A DNA stretch of 64,000 bases from Patescibacteria group bacterium (lineage in GTDB: Bacteria; Patescibacteriota; Minisyncoccia; Phycocordibacterales; UBA918): NCBI GenBank assembly GCA_039188945.1, contig JBCCYW010000002.1, forward strand, positions 26,449 to 90,448. The letters are read 5' to 3'. Positions 30,561 to 39,637 of this stretch are shown piece by piece. How positions within the stretch are numbered: position 1 is the first letter of the stretch; every line of letters starts with the position of its first letter. A program made the translations under genes and the position numbers. Under the pieces are notes generated by a model. That model did not search any database. It saw nothing but the letters and a program-made list of their open reading frames with translations, and was not told the origin of the DNA.

Positions 30561-30622
30561 TACAAATGAATGAACGAGGGTCGCGAAAGTTTACTTTGAT
30601 GACCGAGTGAATGAAATTTGTA
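30561..30622. repeat. TA-bounded palindromic hairpin element
   Basis: TACAAAT...ATTTGTA termini, internal GGTC/GACC and AAAG/CTTT stems. Confidence 0.65.
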
Positions 30623-30640
30623 TCAAATTGAATTTTCAGT

Positions 30641-30713
30641 CCACCCATAGCTCAATCGGTAGAGCGCGAAGCTTATACCTTCGTGGTTCCAGGTTCAAGT
30701 CCTGGTGGGTGGA
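30641..30713 (+). tRNA. tRNA-Ile(TAT), intact
   Basis: CCACCCA/TGGGTGG acceptor, GCTC/GAGC D stem, CGAAG-CTTATAC-CTTCG, CCAGG-TTCAAGT-CCTGG. Confidence 0.93.
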
Positions 30714-30915
30714 CCGAAAATTGAATTCGATATACTTCGTGGTCGTTGGTTCGCACCACCAGAGTATTTCCATTTTTATATTCCTATCGTCATTAAAAAT
30801 TAGGTCAATCCAACCGGGCGGACAACTTGTAGTTGTAATAAATTAATACCTCAACTGTAGCGTGGTGTGCAAGGAAACTAATGTTTTTTAAGCACCAGTT
30901 GCTATACTTACACCG

Positions 30916-32421
30916 ATGCGGATCCTTCTCAGCGGAAAATCATATTACGTCGTTGGTGCAGTTATTTTAATTGCAGTGGCTTTGGTAATGCTCTTCTCAT
31001 TAAGTAGTCGGAAGGGCGAAGAAATCGTCACCACTACCGTAGACCAAGGTGAAGTACTACAACTCGTATCAGTATCGGGTGTGGTAGAAGCTGAAAATAC
31101 GGCCGAACTAGCCTTCCCCGTGACTGGTATCGCTCGCGAAATCAATGTCCGTGAAGGTGATTTTGTGCAAGAAGGCGAAGTAATGGCCACCATTGAGCAG
31201 AGCACACTCCTAGCCGATCGGAAAGACGCTCTGGCTGCCCTTGGTTCAGCGCGGGCTGACCGTGACGAACTCATAAGTGGACCGCGCGACGAGCAGCGAG
31301 CCGTCACCAATCAAAATATTCTTATTCGAGAAAATGAACTCGAACAAACCATAACTGAAGAAGAGCAAAAAGTAGCTAACGCCCGCCGTACCTTCCTCTC
31401 ATCTAATCTCCAAGCCCGTTCGCTCGATCCAGAAGAAACCGCTACTGCGCCAACCGTGAGCGGCAGCTATAACTGTGATCAAGCGGGTGAATACATCCTG
31501 GATGCATTTTCTTCAGATGCTGAGTCTGGCTTTTCTTTCCGGCTGTCAGGACTTGGGGGCGGTACGTACCCAGCAACTACTGATCAAGCGAGCTTGTTTG
31601 GCAGCTGCGGTCTCAAACTACAATTCACGAGCGGTGATCGCTACTCAAATTCAGATTGGATTATCGAAATTCCTAATACAAAATCACCCAACTACATCGC
31701 TACTCTGAACGCTTTAGAGCTCGCCGAAGACCAAGCTACCAACAACATCCGTGACGCTGAAGAGGCTCTTAGCCTGGCTCTGCAGGAGCAGACCCTTGAA
31801 AATGCCGACCCCCGCAGTGAAGCCTTAGCGCGAGCAAATGCAGCGGTTGCCCAGGCAGAGGCTCGACTTGAACGGGTGAACGCTGAAATCGAAGACCGCA
31901 CCCTACGAGCCCCGTTTGCTGGCACGGTAACAAACGTTGATATTTTGGCTGGCGAAACAGTAAGTACCAACCCGGTCATTACACTCCTGGCTGATGACGT
32001 GTTTGAAATGACCGCGCGAATTCCAGAAATTGATATTACGAAAGTCTCAGTCGACCAACCAGCCGAGATCGTGTTTGACGCGCGAACAGAGGAGGTGCTC
32101 CCCGCACACATTAGTTTTATTTCACCCCTAGCAACCGAGATCGATGGAGTCGCTTACTACGAAGCAAAACTACAATTTGATGAACCACCGTCTTGGCTGC
32201 GCAGTGGCCTCAACGCAGATATTGATATTATTGTCGAAGAGCGCGTGAACGTAACCCGGTTGCCAAAGCGATTTGTGATTGAAGACAATGGCGTGTACTC
32301 AGTCATGGTGATGCAGGGCGAAACTAAGGCCTCTACAACTGTTGAAGTTGGAGTTGTCGGTAATGACGGCTATATCGAAGTTATCGGACTAAACGTTGGC
32401 GACATTATCGTCGCCCCGTAG
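30916..32421 (+). CDS. MacA-like membrane fusion protein with inserted domain
   Basis: TM anchor, GIAREINVREGDFV, APFAGTV, IPEIDI; upstream of ABC permease and ATPase. Confidence 0.88.
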   Translation: MRILLSGKSYYVVGAVILIAVALVMLFSLSSRKGEEIVTTTVDQGEVLQLVSVSGVVEAENTAELAFPVTGIAREINVREGDFVQEGEVMATIEQSTLLADRKDALAALGSARADRDELISGPRDEQRAVTNQNILIRENELEQTITEEEQKVANARRTFLSSNLQARSLDPEETATAPTVSGSYNCDQAGEYILDAFSSDAESGFSFRLSGLGGGTYPATTDQASLFGSCGLKLQFTSGDRYSNSDWIIEIPNTKSPNYIATLNALELAEDQATNNIRDAEEALSLALQEQTLENADPRSEALARANAAVAQAEARLERVNAEIEDRTLRAPFAGTVTNVDILAGETVSTNPVITLLADDVFEMTARIPEIDITKVSVDQPAEIVFDARTEEVLPAHISFISPLATEIDGVAYYEAKLQFDEPPSWLRSGLNADIDIIVEERVNVTRLPKRFVIEDNGVYSVMVMQGETKASTTVEVGVVGNDGYIEVIGLNVGDIIVAP

Positions 32422-32422
32422 C

Positions 32423-33670
32423 ATGCAGTCGCTTCGGGTTGGCTTACTCCTTGGTTTGCGCCAAATCCAGCGCGCTAATATTTGGACCACCCTCCTGATT
32501 ATTTTTGTGATGATGCTCACGTTTCTCAACCTGATCGCCGTATCAGGTATTTTGGTAGGTCTGATTGAAGGAGCTGAACGAGCGGTCCGCGCGGAGTCAA
32601 TCGGTGACATTATTATTTCTGCCCGTGACGACGAGGACAGAATCCTTGAGACCCCAACCTTTGAGCGGCAATTGCAAGCCTTCCCCGAAATCACTGCCTA
32701 CTCAATTCGTTACGAAGACGGTGGCATTATTGAAGCTAATTACGAAGAACGTCGTGACCTTTCTGGTGAGCGTGATATCGCTTCAGTTCGGGTCACGGGT
32801 ATCGATCCTGTCCAGGAAGAATTGATGAGCAACCTTTCCAAAAGTGTGGTAGCCGGAGAATATCTAGACCCCGACGAAGAAGGTTTTATCTTGCTGGGCG
32901 CTCTCTATACTGAAGAGTACGCCGAGAACTTTGGTGATATTTTTGAAACAGTGTCTGGCGTTGAGCCAGGCGATAAAGTCCGCCTAACTTCAGGCAATAT
33001 CTCAAAAGAATTTACAGTGAAGGGAATTGTGCAATCAAAGGTCGATGAGGTCTCCCTCAACAGCTACATTCCCGAGCGTGAGTTCCGACGTGTTTTTGAA
33101 CGCTTCGACCGCAACGCTGACCAAATTGTTATTCGTGTGGTGGAGCAAGGGATGGAAGATGGGGTGAAAGCGTCACTTGTTTCGGCTGGCCTCGATGATT
33201 TTGCCAAGATTCAAACGTATGACGAAGGCAAGCCAAAGTTTATTACCGACATCAAAAACACTTTCAATATTCTTGGTACCTTTATTGGTTCGATTGGAAT
33301 TGTGGTCGCATCAATCACGATCTTTATTATCATTTTCATCAACGCGCTTTCGCGTCGGCGACAGATTGGTATCTTGAAAGGTATTGGTATCCAACGTCAG
33401 GCCATCGAGTTTGCTTACGTGATCCAAGCCGCTTTCTACGCTCTCTTTGGGTCAGCCCTCGGAGCATTTGTGACCTACGTGATCCTGATTCCGTATTTTG
33501 ATGAAAATCCAATTAAGTTCCCCTTTAGTGACGGTATCCTGGTGGCTGAGCCAGAGGGTACCTTCTATCGTTTCTTGGTACTCTTTGTGATCACTCTGCT
33601 CGCTGGACTTTTGCCAGCCTGGCTGATCGCGAAGCAGAACACCCTTAATTCCATTCTTGGACGTAAATAA
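32423..33670 (+). CDS. ABC transporter permease (MacB/FtsX family)
   Basis: 1+3 TM topology, RRRQIGILKGIG. Confidence 0.9.
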   Translation: MQSLRVGLLLGLRQIQRANIWTTLLIIFVMMLTFLNLIAVSGILVGLIEGAERAVRAESIGDIIISARDDEDRILETPTFERQLQAFPEITAYSIRYEDGGIIEANYEERRDLSGERDIASVRVTGIDPVQEELMSNLSKSVVAGEYLDPDEEGFILLGALYTEEYAENFGDIFETVSGVEPGDKVRLTSGNISKEFTVKGIVQSKVDEVSLNSYIPEREFRRVFERFDRNADQIVIRVVEQGMEDGVKASLVSAGLDDFAKIQTYDEGKPKFITDIKNTFNILGTFIGSIGIVVASITIFIIIFINALSRRRQIGILKGIGIQRQAIEFAYVIQAAFYALFGSALGAFVTYVILIPYFDENPIKFPFSDGILVAEPEGTFYRFLVLFVITLLAGLLPAWLIAKQNTLNSILGRK

Positions 33671-33675
33671 ACATC

Positions 33676-34362
33676 ATGGCAATTATTGAAGCAAAAAACA
33701 TTCACCGTCGCTTTGGAGAAGAACCGCTCGTTACCCATGTTCTTAAGGGTGTTGATGTGAGCGTTGAAGAAGGTGAATTTGTTGCCATCATGGGCAAGTC
33801 GGGAGCTGGCAAATCAACCCTCATGTATCAACTCTCAGTCCTCGATGAACCGAGTGAAGGAAGCATCACCATCAATGGTGTCACGGTGGATACTATGTCT
33901 GAAACTGAACGTACGGAATTTCGCCTCAACACTCTTGGGTATGTGTTCCAAGACTACGCCCTGGTGCCAGACCTTAACGCTGAAGAGAATGTCTTAATGC
34001 CACTCCTCATGAGTGGTGTTGACTGGGATGAATCAATCAGAATTGCTCGCGAAGCAATTGATTCCGTCGGACTTGAAGGCAAGTACCCCAACCTTCCTGG
34101 TATGCTCTCGGGGGGTGAGCAGCAGCGTGTTGCGGTCGCTCGAGCGATTGCCGGCAAGCCAAAGATTTTATTTGCGGACGAACCAACCGCCAATCTCGAT
34201 AGTGTCTCAGGGAAGCAGATTATTGAACTGATCACTTCTCTCAATCGCGACTACCAACAAACGGTTGTCATGGTGACGCATGAGCGAGAGTATGCCCTTG
34301 GGTGTGACCGGATTTTCCATATGGAAGACGGCGTTATTGTGGATGTCGAGCAATTACGATAA
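33676..34362 (+). CDS. ABC transporter ATPase (LolD/MacB-like)
   Basis: GKSGAGKST, LSGGEQQRVAVARA, DEPTANLD, VTH. Confidence 0.95.
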   Translation: MAIIEAKNIHRRFGEEPLVTHVLKGVDVSVEEGEFVAIMGKSGAGKSTLMYQLSVLDEPSEGSITINGVTVDTMSETERTEFRLNTLGYVFQDYALVPDLNAEENVLMPLLMSGVDWDESIRIAREAIDSVGLEGKYPNLPGMLSGGEQQRVAVARAIAGKPKILFADEPTANLDSVSGKQIIELITSLNRDYQQTVVMVTHEREYALGCDRIFHMEDGVIVDVEQLR

Positions 34363-34410
34363 CTTTTGCTATACTAGAGCCTTAGAGGCTCATCTACAAA
34401 GGAGAACAAA

Positions 34411-34791
34411 TTGGAACCTCCTCTACTACTCGCACTCGCACCCTATTCATTCGAACCAGCTACCACTATCAGTGAAGCAAGATCAATCATACACTTCTTT
34501 AAGCACAAGTTCAGTGACTTGTATCAGGAAGAGTTATCGCCATCAGATGGCATTGTTATATTTCATGACTGGTGGTTCGCTCCCTACAGTCGAGACCAGG
34601 CTGCAAACGCAGATATGATATTTGCACTGGCAGAGTACGTCTTGTGGCGATATCAGCAAGATTTCATTCTGCCTGTCTACATGAAACAAGGAAGCGAGTA
34701 CGCGAAAAAATCTAAACACGCCTTCCATAGATACAAACCCGAACAATCGTTGTTTGGAGAAAGCTATGAACTAAAAAGAGCGGCAGCCTGA
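34411..34791 (+). CDS. Hypothetical protein
   Basis: SD AAAGGAG with TTG start; hairpin terminator at ~34778-34805. Confidence 0.55.
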   Translation: MEPPLLLALAPYSFEPATTISEARSIIHFFKHKFSDLYQEELSPSDGIVIFHDWWFAPYSRDQAANADMIFALAEYVLWRYQQDFILPVYMKQGSEYAKKSKHAFHRYKPEQSLFGESYELKRAAA

Positions 34792-34827
34792 CGGCTGCCG
34801 CTCTCTCACGTTTATTTGTATAGGCAA

Positions 34828-35556
34828 TTATTCTTCTTGGACTTCACCTTCCTCTTCTTCAGTTTCTTCTTCTACATCTTCGCCACTCTCCTCCTCTGCT
34901 TCTTCATCAGCCAAGCGTGCGGCACGACGTTCTTCTAACTTCTCGCGTAGTTCAGCTACTCGCTCGAGAAGCGCTTCGCGCTTATCCTGAAACTCTTCTT
35001 TTACTTCTTCACGATTTTCTTGGCGCTCTTCCTTATTATCTTGGAATTGTGCCTTATGTTCTTCAATTGCTGCACGAAGATTTTCGATCCACTCCATCAT
35101 CGCCGCCTTTCGTTCTTCCTCTGAAAGGTCAGCAATACTTGCAAAGAATTCTTCCTTATTAGTTTGAAACTCTGCTTTCTTTTCTTCGCGATTTTCTTGG
35201 CGCTCTTCCTTATTATCTTGGAATTGTGCCTTACGTTCTTCAAGAGCAGCCTTCCTCTCTTCAATGACTGCTCGCAATTCGGCGATCCGTTCTAGCATCG
35301 CCTCCCGGCGGTCGCTAGTCGCATCATCCTCGTCAGATTCGTCATTCGATTCTTCTTCTGCTTCATCAGAGGAGTCAGCTTCCTCATCTGAAGTGTCGTC
35401 TTCTGATGTATCACCAGATTCATCAGTCGTTTCCTCAGTACTGGTTGCAGCATCAGTTTGCGCCTGGGTCATCACGGGGACAACCGCTACGGTCGCAATC
35501 AAAAATAAAGCTGCGAAGAAGTATAGTTGAAACATTCGTGCAATGGTGGTTTGCAT
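34828..35556 (-). CDS. Secreted acidic coiled-coil protein with internal repeat
   Basis: Signal peptide; 45-bp exact repeat at 35012-35056 and 35189-35233. Confidence 0.8.
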   Translation of the reverse strand: MQTTIARMFQLYFFAALFLIATVAVVPVMTQAQTDAATSTEETTDESGDTSEDDTSDEEADSSDEAEEESNDESDEDDATSDRREAMLERIAELRAVIEERKAALEERKAQFQDNKEERQENREEKKAEFQTNKEEFFASIADLSEEERKAAMMEWIENLRAAIEEHKAQFQDNKEERQENREEVKEEFQDKREALLERVAELREKLEERRAARLADEEAEEESGEDVEEETEEEEGEVQEE

Positions 35557-35681
35557 GGTGTTTTATGATTAGGCCTAATAATACTTTGTACACACGAAAG
35601 AGGTCGCCCCTCTCGGGGCGACCTCCATTACCAGATATCTTATAGCAGATACGCTATATTGAAAGATGCCTCTGTGGACAA

Positions 35682-37760
35682 CTATGTTTCAGGCTGTTTT
35701 TCTGAAGCGGGTGTCTCAAGCGCCTTTGATGGATCTCCTACTTTTTCTTCCATTTCCCGTTGCGCTTTATAGGCATCGTTAATTTCAATATTGTATTCCT
35801 TCAGCAAGGCTTCGTATTCTTCCCGTTCTAGTGTTTCTACCTCGACAAGTTTTTTAGAAATGCCTTCCAACGCATCTTTATGTTTGGTGAGAATTTCGCG
35901 CGCCTTCTCTTTCCCTTCTTCAATAATGCGAGACACCTCATCGTCAATTGCTTTAGCAACATCATCAGAGAAACCACGATCTTCGCTCACTCCCCCGCCG
36001 ATCAAGCGACCGCCTGTACCTTCAAGCGCAACCGGACCAAGCTTGCTCATACCATATTTGGTGACCATGTCGCGGGCGAGGTTTGCGACCACCTGAAGAT
36101 CATTCTGCGGCCCGGTAGAGAGGTCGCCAAAAATCATCTCCTCAGTCACGTACCCACCAAGAGTCATGGCAATGTCATCCATAAATTCATTCTTGGTGTG
36201 CATGCGCCGATCCTGGTCTGGCAGCTTGAGCGTATAGCCCGCTGCGCGACCGCGAGAAATGATCGAGATTTTCTGCACTGGGTCAGCGTACGGCAAAACA
36301 GAAGCCACCAAGGCATGACCAACTTCATGGTATGCCGTCACTTCTCGTTCATAGCGAGACAACACGTGCGTCTTTCGCTCTGGACCAAGCATCACTTTCT
36401 CAATTGAACGAATCAAGTCAAATTGCCCTACCTTCTTACGACTCTCACGTGCAGCGAGGATAGCTCCTTCGTTCATAAGCGACTGCAGGTCGGCACCTGA
36501 AAAACCTGGCGTGCGCTGGGCAATAATTTCGAGATTCACATCTTCCTGCAATGGCTTCTTGCGCGCATGGACTTCAAGAATCGATTTTCGGTCATCGCGG
36601 TCAGGGAGGTCAATCGTCACCCGACGGTCAAATCGTCCTGGTCGGAGCAAAGCTGGGTCAAGCACATCAGGGCGGTTAGTTGCCGCCATCACAATTACCT
36701 TTTCACTTGGCTCGAAGCCATCCATCTCTACGAGAATCTGGTTGAGCGTTTGCTCACGCTCATCGTTACCTCCCCCTACGCCAGTCCCACGAATACGACC
36801 GACAGCGTCGATCTCATCAACAAAAATAATGGCTGGTGCTGACTTCTTAGCCATCTGGAACAGGTCGCGCACGCGCGATGCACCCACTCCAACAAACATC
36901 TCGACAAACTCTGAACCAGAAATTGAGAAGAACGGTACGCCCGCTTCACCAGCCACTGCTCGAGCAAGCAAGGTTTTACCAGTTCCTGGTGCACCCATCA
37001 TCATCACCCCCTTTGGAATCTGTGCTCCAATATCAAGAAACTTTTTTGGATTCTTCAGGAAATCGACAATTTCTTCAAGCTCTTGTTTCGCTTCCTTAGC
37101 GCCAGCCACATCCTTGAACGTTACTTTTTGTGATTGATCATTAGGGTCAATTACCCGAGCCTTACTGTTACCAAAGTTCAAAGCTTGCATCCCGGCTCCA
37201 CGCACTGAGCGAGTGAAGAACCAAATAATGATCCCGAGAAAGATCAGCGGGAAAAGAAATGGCGCCAGCTGACCAAGCCAATACCCAAAACCAGTCTCGC
37301 GCTGCACATCGATCTTCACGGCTGCTAGCTGCTCACTGGTTACACCAAGGTTGGTGAGGGTTTCGGAAATTGCGGCATCGGTTTCTTTCTTAGCTTCGCC
37401 TTTATTCCGAGTCTCATCACCATACATAATCTCAAGCGTCGTGCCGCGTACAATAATCTCACTCACCTCCCCATCTTTCACCTGGGTCACGACTTCAGAA
37501 ATAGATAATTCTTCTGGCGGCTGTTCTTCATTGGCCAGTTCCGAAAAGATCCACGTCATCGCGATCAAAATCACTATCGTGGTGAGCATATTGTTCCAGA
37601 AGTTGCCTGGACCAAGCGGTACCTTATCCATCTTAGGCATCTTCATCCCTTTTTGCTCTTTATCTTTTTTGCTGGTGTCAGCTTTTTTTTCTTTGTTGTT
37701 TTCAACGGCGTTTTCTGGCTTTTGTTCTTCAGCCACGACCGATTTTTCTTCCTGCTGCAT
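35682..37760 (-). CDS. ftsH: ATP-dependent zinc metalloprotease FtsH
   Basis: [26 protein letters not shown]. Confidence 0.97.
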   Translation of the reverse strand: MQQEEKSVVAEEQKPENAVENNKEKKADTSKKDKEQKGMKMPKMDKVPLGPGNFWNNMLTTIVILIAMTWIFSELANEEQPPEELSISEVVTQVKDGEVSEIIVRGTTLEIMYGDETRNKGEAKKETDAAISETLTNLGVTSEQLAAVKIDVQRETGFGYWLGQLAPFLFPLIFLGIIIWFFTRSVRGAGMQALNFGNSKARVIDPNDQSQKVTFKDVAGAKEAKQELEEIVDFLKNPKKFLDIGAQIPKGVMMMGAPGTGKTLLARAVAGEAGVPFFSISGSEFVEMFVGVGASRVRDLFQMAKKSAPAIIFVDEIDAVGRIRGTGVGGGNDEREQTLNQILVEMDGFEPSEKVIVMAATNRPDVLDPALLRPGRFDRRVTIDLPDRDDRKSILEVHARKKPLQEDVNLEIIAQRTPGFSGADLQSLMNEGAILAARESRKKVGQFDLIRSIEKVMLGPERKTHVLSRYEREVTAYHEVGHALVASVLPYADPVQKISIISRGRAAGYTLKLPDQDRRMHTKNEFMDDIAMTLGGYVTEEMIFGDLSTGPQNDLQVVANLARDMVTKYGMSKLGPVALEGTGGRLIGGGVSEDRGFSDDVAKAIDDEVSRIIEEGKEKAREILTKHKDALEGISKKLVEVETLEREEYEALLKEYNIEINDAYKAQREMEEKVGDPSKALETPASEKQPET

Positions 37761-37830
37761 AGTGGCGCCATTATACAGAAATAAGGCTAATTAGCGAGTT
37801 TTTTGCTATAGTTGGCGGTACTATTTTCCT

Positions 37831-38277
37831 ATGAGTGATTTAGCCCGTAACCGCAAAGCCACGTTTGATTACGAAATTCTCGACACCTTCGAGGCTGGTT
37901 TGGTATTAACCGGCCATGAAGTCAAAGCAATTCGCAATGGCAAGCTTAAACTAGAAGGTTCACACGTGGTAGTTCGGGGCGGTGAGGTGTTTTTGGTCGG
38001 TACAAATATCGCTCCCTACCAACCCGCCAACGCTCCCAAAGACTACGACCCTGAACGCACCATCACCCTTCTCCTCAATCACAAAGAAGTGGCTCAACTA
38101 GAAGCTAAAAGCGAACAACGTGGCTTGACAATAGCACCAATTCGTTGTTATAATAAAGCCGGAAAAATCAAGCTTGAAATCGCTATCGTGCGTGGTAAAA
38201 AGAAGCAAGATAAGCGCGAAACGATCAAGGCACGCGATGTCAAACGCGACATCGAACGAACGTTAAAAAATCAATAG
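37831..38277 (+). CDS. smpB: SsrA-binding protein
   Basis: NRKATFDY, EAGLVLTGHEVK, GKKKQDKRE. Confidence 0.97.
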   Translation: MSDLARNRKATFDYEILDTFEAGLVLTGHEVKAIRNGKLKLEGSHVVVRGGEVFLVGTNIAPYQPANAPKDYDPERTITLLLNHKEVAQLEAKSEQRGLTIAPIRCYNKAGKIKLEIAIVRGKKKQDKRETIKARDVKRDIERTLKNQ

Positions 38278-38707
38278 TGAGTGGTTGCTAGGTGGAGCAA
38301 TAGTGCTACACCTAGCAACAGAGAGGGACAACCGTGAGAAATATAATCACAAGTCCGCAAACCAAGACGGCTTCTGACGAAATTGTCGAGGCGCAAAAGA
38401 GTGAAATACTCTTAATCATGACAAGTACTCTCGAGAGACAGGGCAAAGGAGCACAGCTGCAAACCTTGACTGAGTTGGCTGAGGAGTGCTCCATGGCCTT
38501 AGCAGCCGAAGCAACGGTTCAAGGCCTTTGTGGTGACCCGTTCGATGAGGAACAACTTCGCGACGCCGTCTTAGGCTGGTTGTTATGTAAGGTTGGCGGC
38601 TTTAGCGACAATCCTGAAAACAAAACCGTCCACTAGAGAGCGGCCCTGCAGACTGCTCTTTGGGAAGCGATACGTTCGCTTCCCTCCACCTAGCAACCAC
38701 GCACTAT
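38274..38707. repeat. 24-bp terminal inverted repeat (23/24) flanking ORF 38334-38636
   Basis: ATAGTGAGTGGTTGCTAGGTGGAG (38274-38297) versus CTCCACCTAGCAACCACGCACTAT (38684-38707). Confidence 0.85.
38334..38636 (+). CDS. Small hypothetical protein
   Basis: 100-aa ORF, SD GAGAGGGA, GTG start. Confidence 0.55.
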   Translation: MRNIITSPQTKTASDEIVEAQKSEILLIMTSTLERQGKGAQLQTLTELAEECSMALAAEATVQGLCGDPFDEEQLRDAVLGWLLCKVGGFSDNPENKTVH

Positions 38708-38724
38708 AGAAAAAGGAGGAGACG

Positions 38725-38850
38725 TTGCAGTACAGAGAGTTTTGGATCATTTCGTTGATCAGAAGATTTATCGTCTGGTGTCTAGAACCAGAGAGGAGTG
38801 AGGAGCGCGCGCGCGATCCTCACGAAGACACTGGATCACGCCTCGGGTGA
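38725..38850 (+). CDS. Small peptide (41 aa) MQYREFWIISLIRRFIVWCLEPERSEE...
   Basis: Perfect SD AAAGGAGG, TTG start, hairpin over the stop; not in the ORF track. Confidence 0.5.
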   Translation: MQYREFWIISLIRRFIVWCLEPERSEERARDPHEDTGSRLG

Positions 38851-38932
38851 GCCTCTACTGGCTCACCCAACCCCGTTTTTTGACAACAACATACATTACT
38901 TATTCTCAAGCGGTTTTATGAGGGAGGGACAG

Positions 38933-39061
38933 ATGAAAAACTGCGAACCATGTCAAAAGAATCGCGAACGATTTGAGGCAGGACTGAACATTTTGGTTAT
39001 AACTGCCGTCTGGATTATTAGCTGGTTTCTGAAAGAACCAGACTTCTCACAAGACGAGTGA
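38933..39061 (+). CDS. Small membrane peptide (42 aa) MKNCEPCQKN...LNILVITAVWIISWFLKEP
   Basis: SD GGGAGGGA, CxxC, one TM segment, downstream hairpin GGCGACCA/TGGTCGCC. Confidence 0.55.
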   Translation: MKNCEPCQKNRERFEAGLNILVITAVWIISWFLKEPDFSQDE

Positions 39062-39243
39062 AGCCCCGGCGACCACTCCTGGTCGCCACCGTTTTAGAGT
39101 AAGTAATAACTAACTTCAGGTTTCTGAAATTTCCTGTGAGAAGCTGGTGGAGCTACCGCATTTGAGATATGCAAGTAGACACCTTTCACCGAGCGTTTGT
39201 GTAAGCACTGCGCTCAACTGTGAAAGTCCCCCGGACTTTCACA

Positions 39244-39637
39244 GGGGATGACAGGCATCGACGGTTAGCGGTTTAAATATATGTGCAGTGTCGCAGCTGA
39301 ATACTGACTGCGTTACAACAGTGTTCACTTGTACGTGCAAAGAATAGCGTACCAAGCCCATACGCCAAGGCGTTTGGCTTCGCTCCCGCTGTAGCGTAAC
39401 TCTACGCTCGCCGAAGCGACATCAGACTACCCCACTTCTCATAAGGTAGCCCTGGTGTAATAACCATGAGAATATAGTCAACGATTGGTCAGGTCGTTGA
39501 TCGAATTTCTTATGACTCGAACCTAACGTGTTTTGTTACTTCTCAAGCTTTAGGTTTTAAATCAAAGGAGTGACTACGCACTGTAGACTCATGTATTTGC
39601 CCTAACTCGGACGGGGGTTCAACTCCCCCCATCTCCA
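39244..39637 (+). ncRNA. ssrA: tmRNA; tag reading frame 39337-39399 AKNSVPSPYAKAFGFAPAVA*
   Basis: GGGGATG/CATCTCC acceptor with G3:U, ATCGAC 5' motif, GGGGG-TTCAACT-CCCCC T arm, near smpB. Confidence 0.93.

Larger units (their letters stand above)
30527..30822 (+). pseudogene. Fragmented outer tRNA-Ile-like gene in three pieces (30527-30562, 30731-30753, 30807-30822)
   Basis: CCGCCC/GGGCGG acceptor, D arm, CGAAG/CTTCG anticodon stem, GTTGG-TTCG|AAT-CCAAC T arm, interrupted by insertions. Confidence 0.8.

Noticed and set aside
30563-30730. Group I intron or BHB-type intron in the tRNA anticodon loop
   Set aside because: Too short once the inner tRNA is removed, no recognisable catalytic core, no clear bulge-helix-bulge
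30270-30846. ORFs 30270-30494 and 30607-30846
   Set aside because: They overlap structured RNA and tRNA sequence and are likely spurious
28508-37137. Long antisense ORFs inside recG and ftsH (e.g. 28508-29125, 36511-37137)
   Set aside because: Shadow frames of conserved genes with no independent signals
38798-38932. N-terminal extension of ORF 38798-39061
   Set aside because: A better SD-led ATG lies at 38933 and the upstream part overlaps the 38725-38850 peptide
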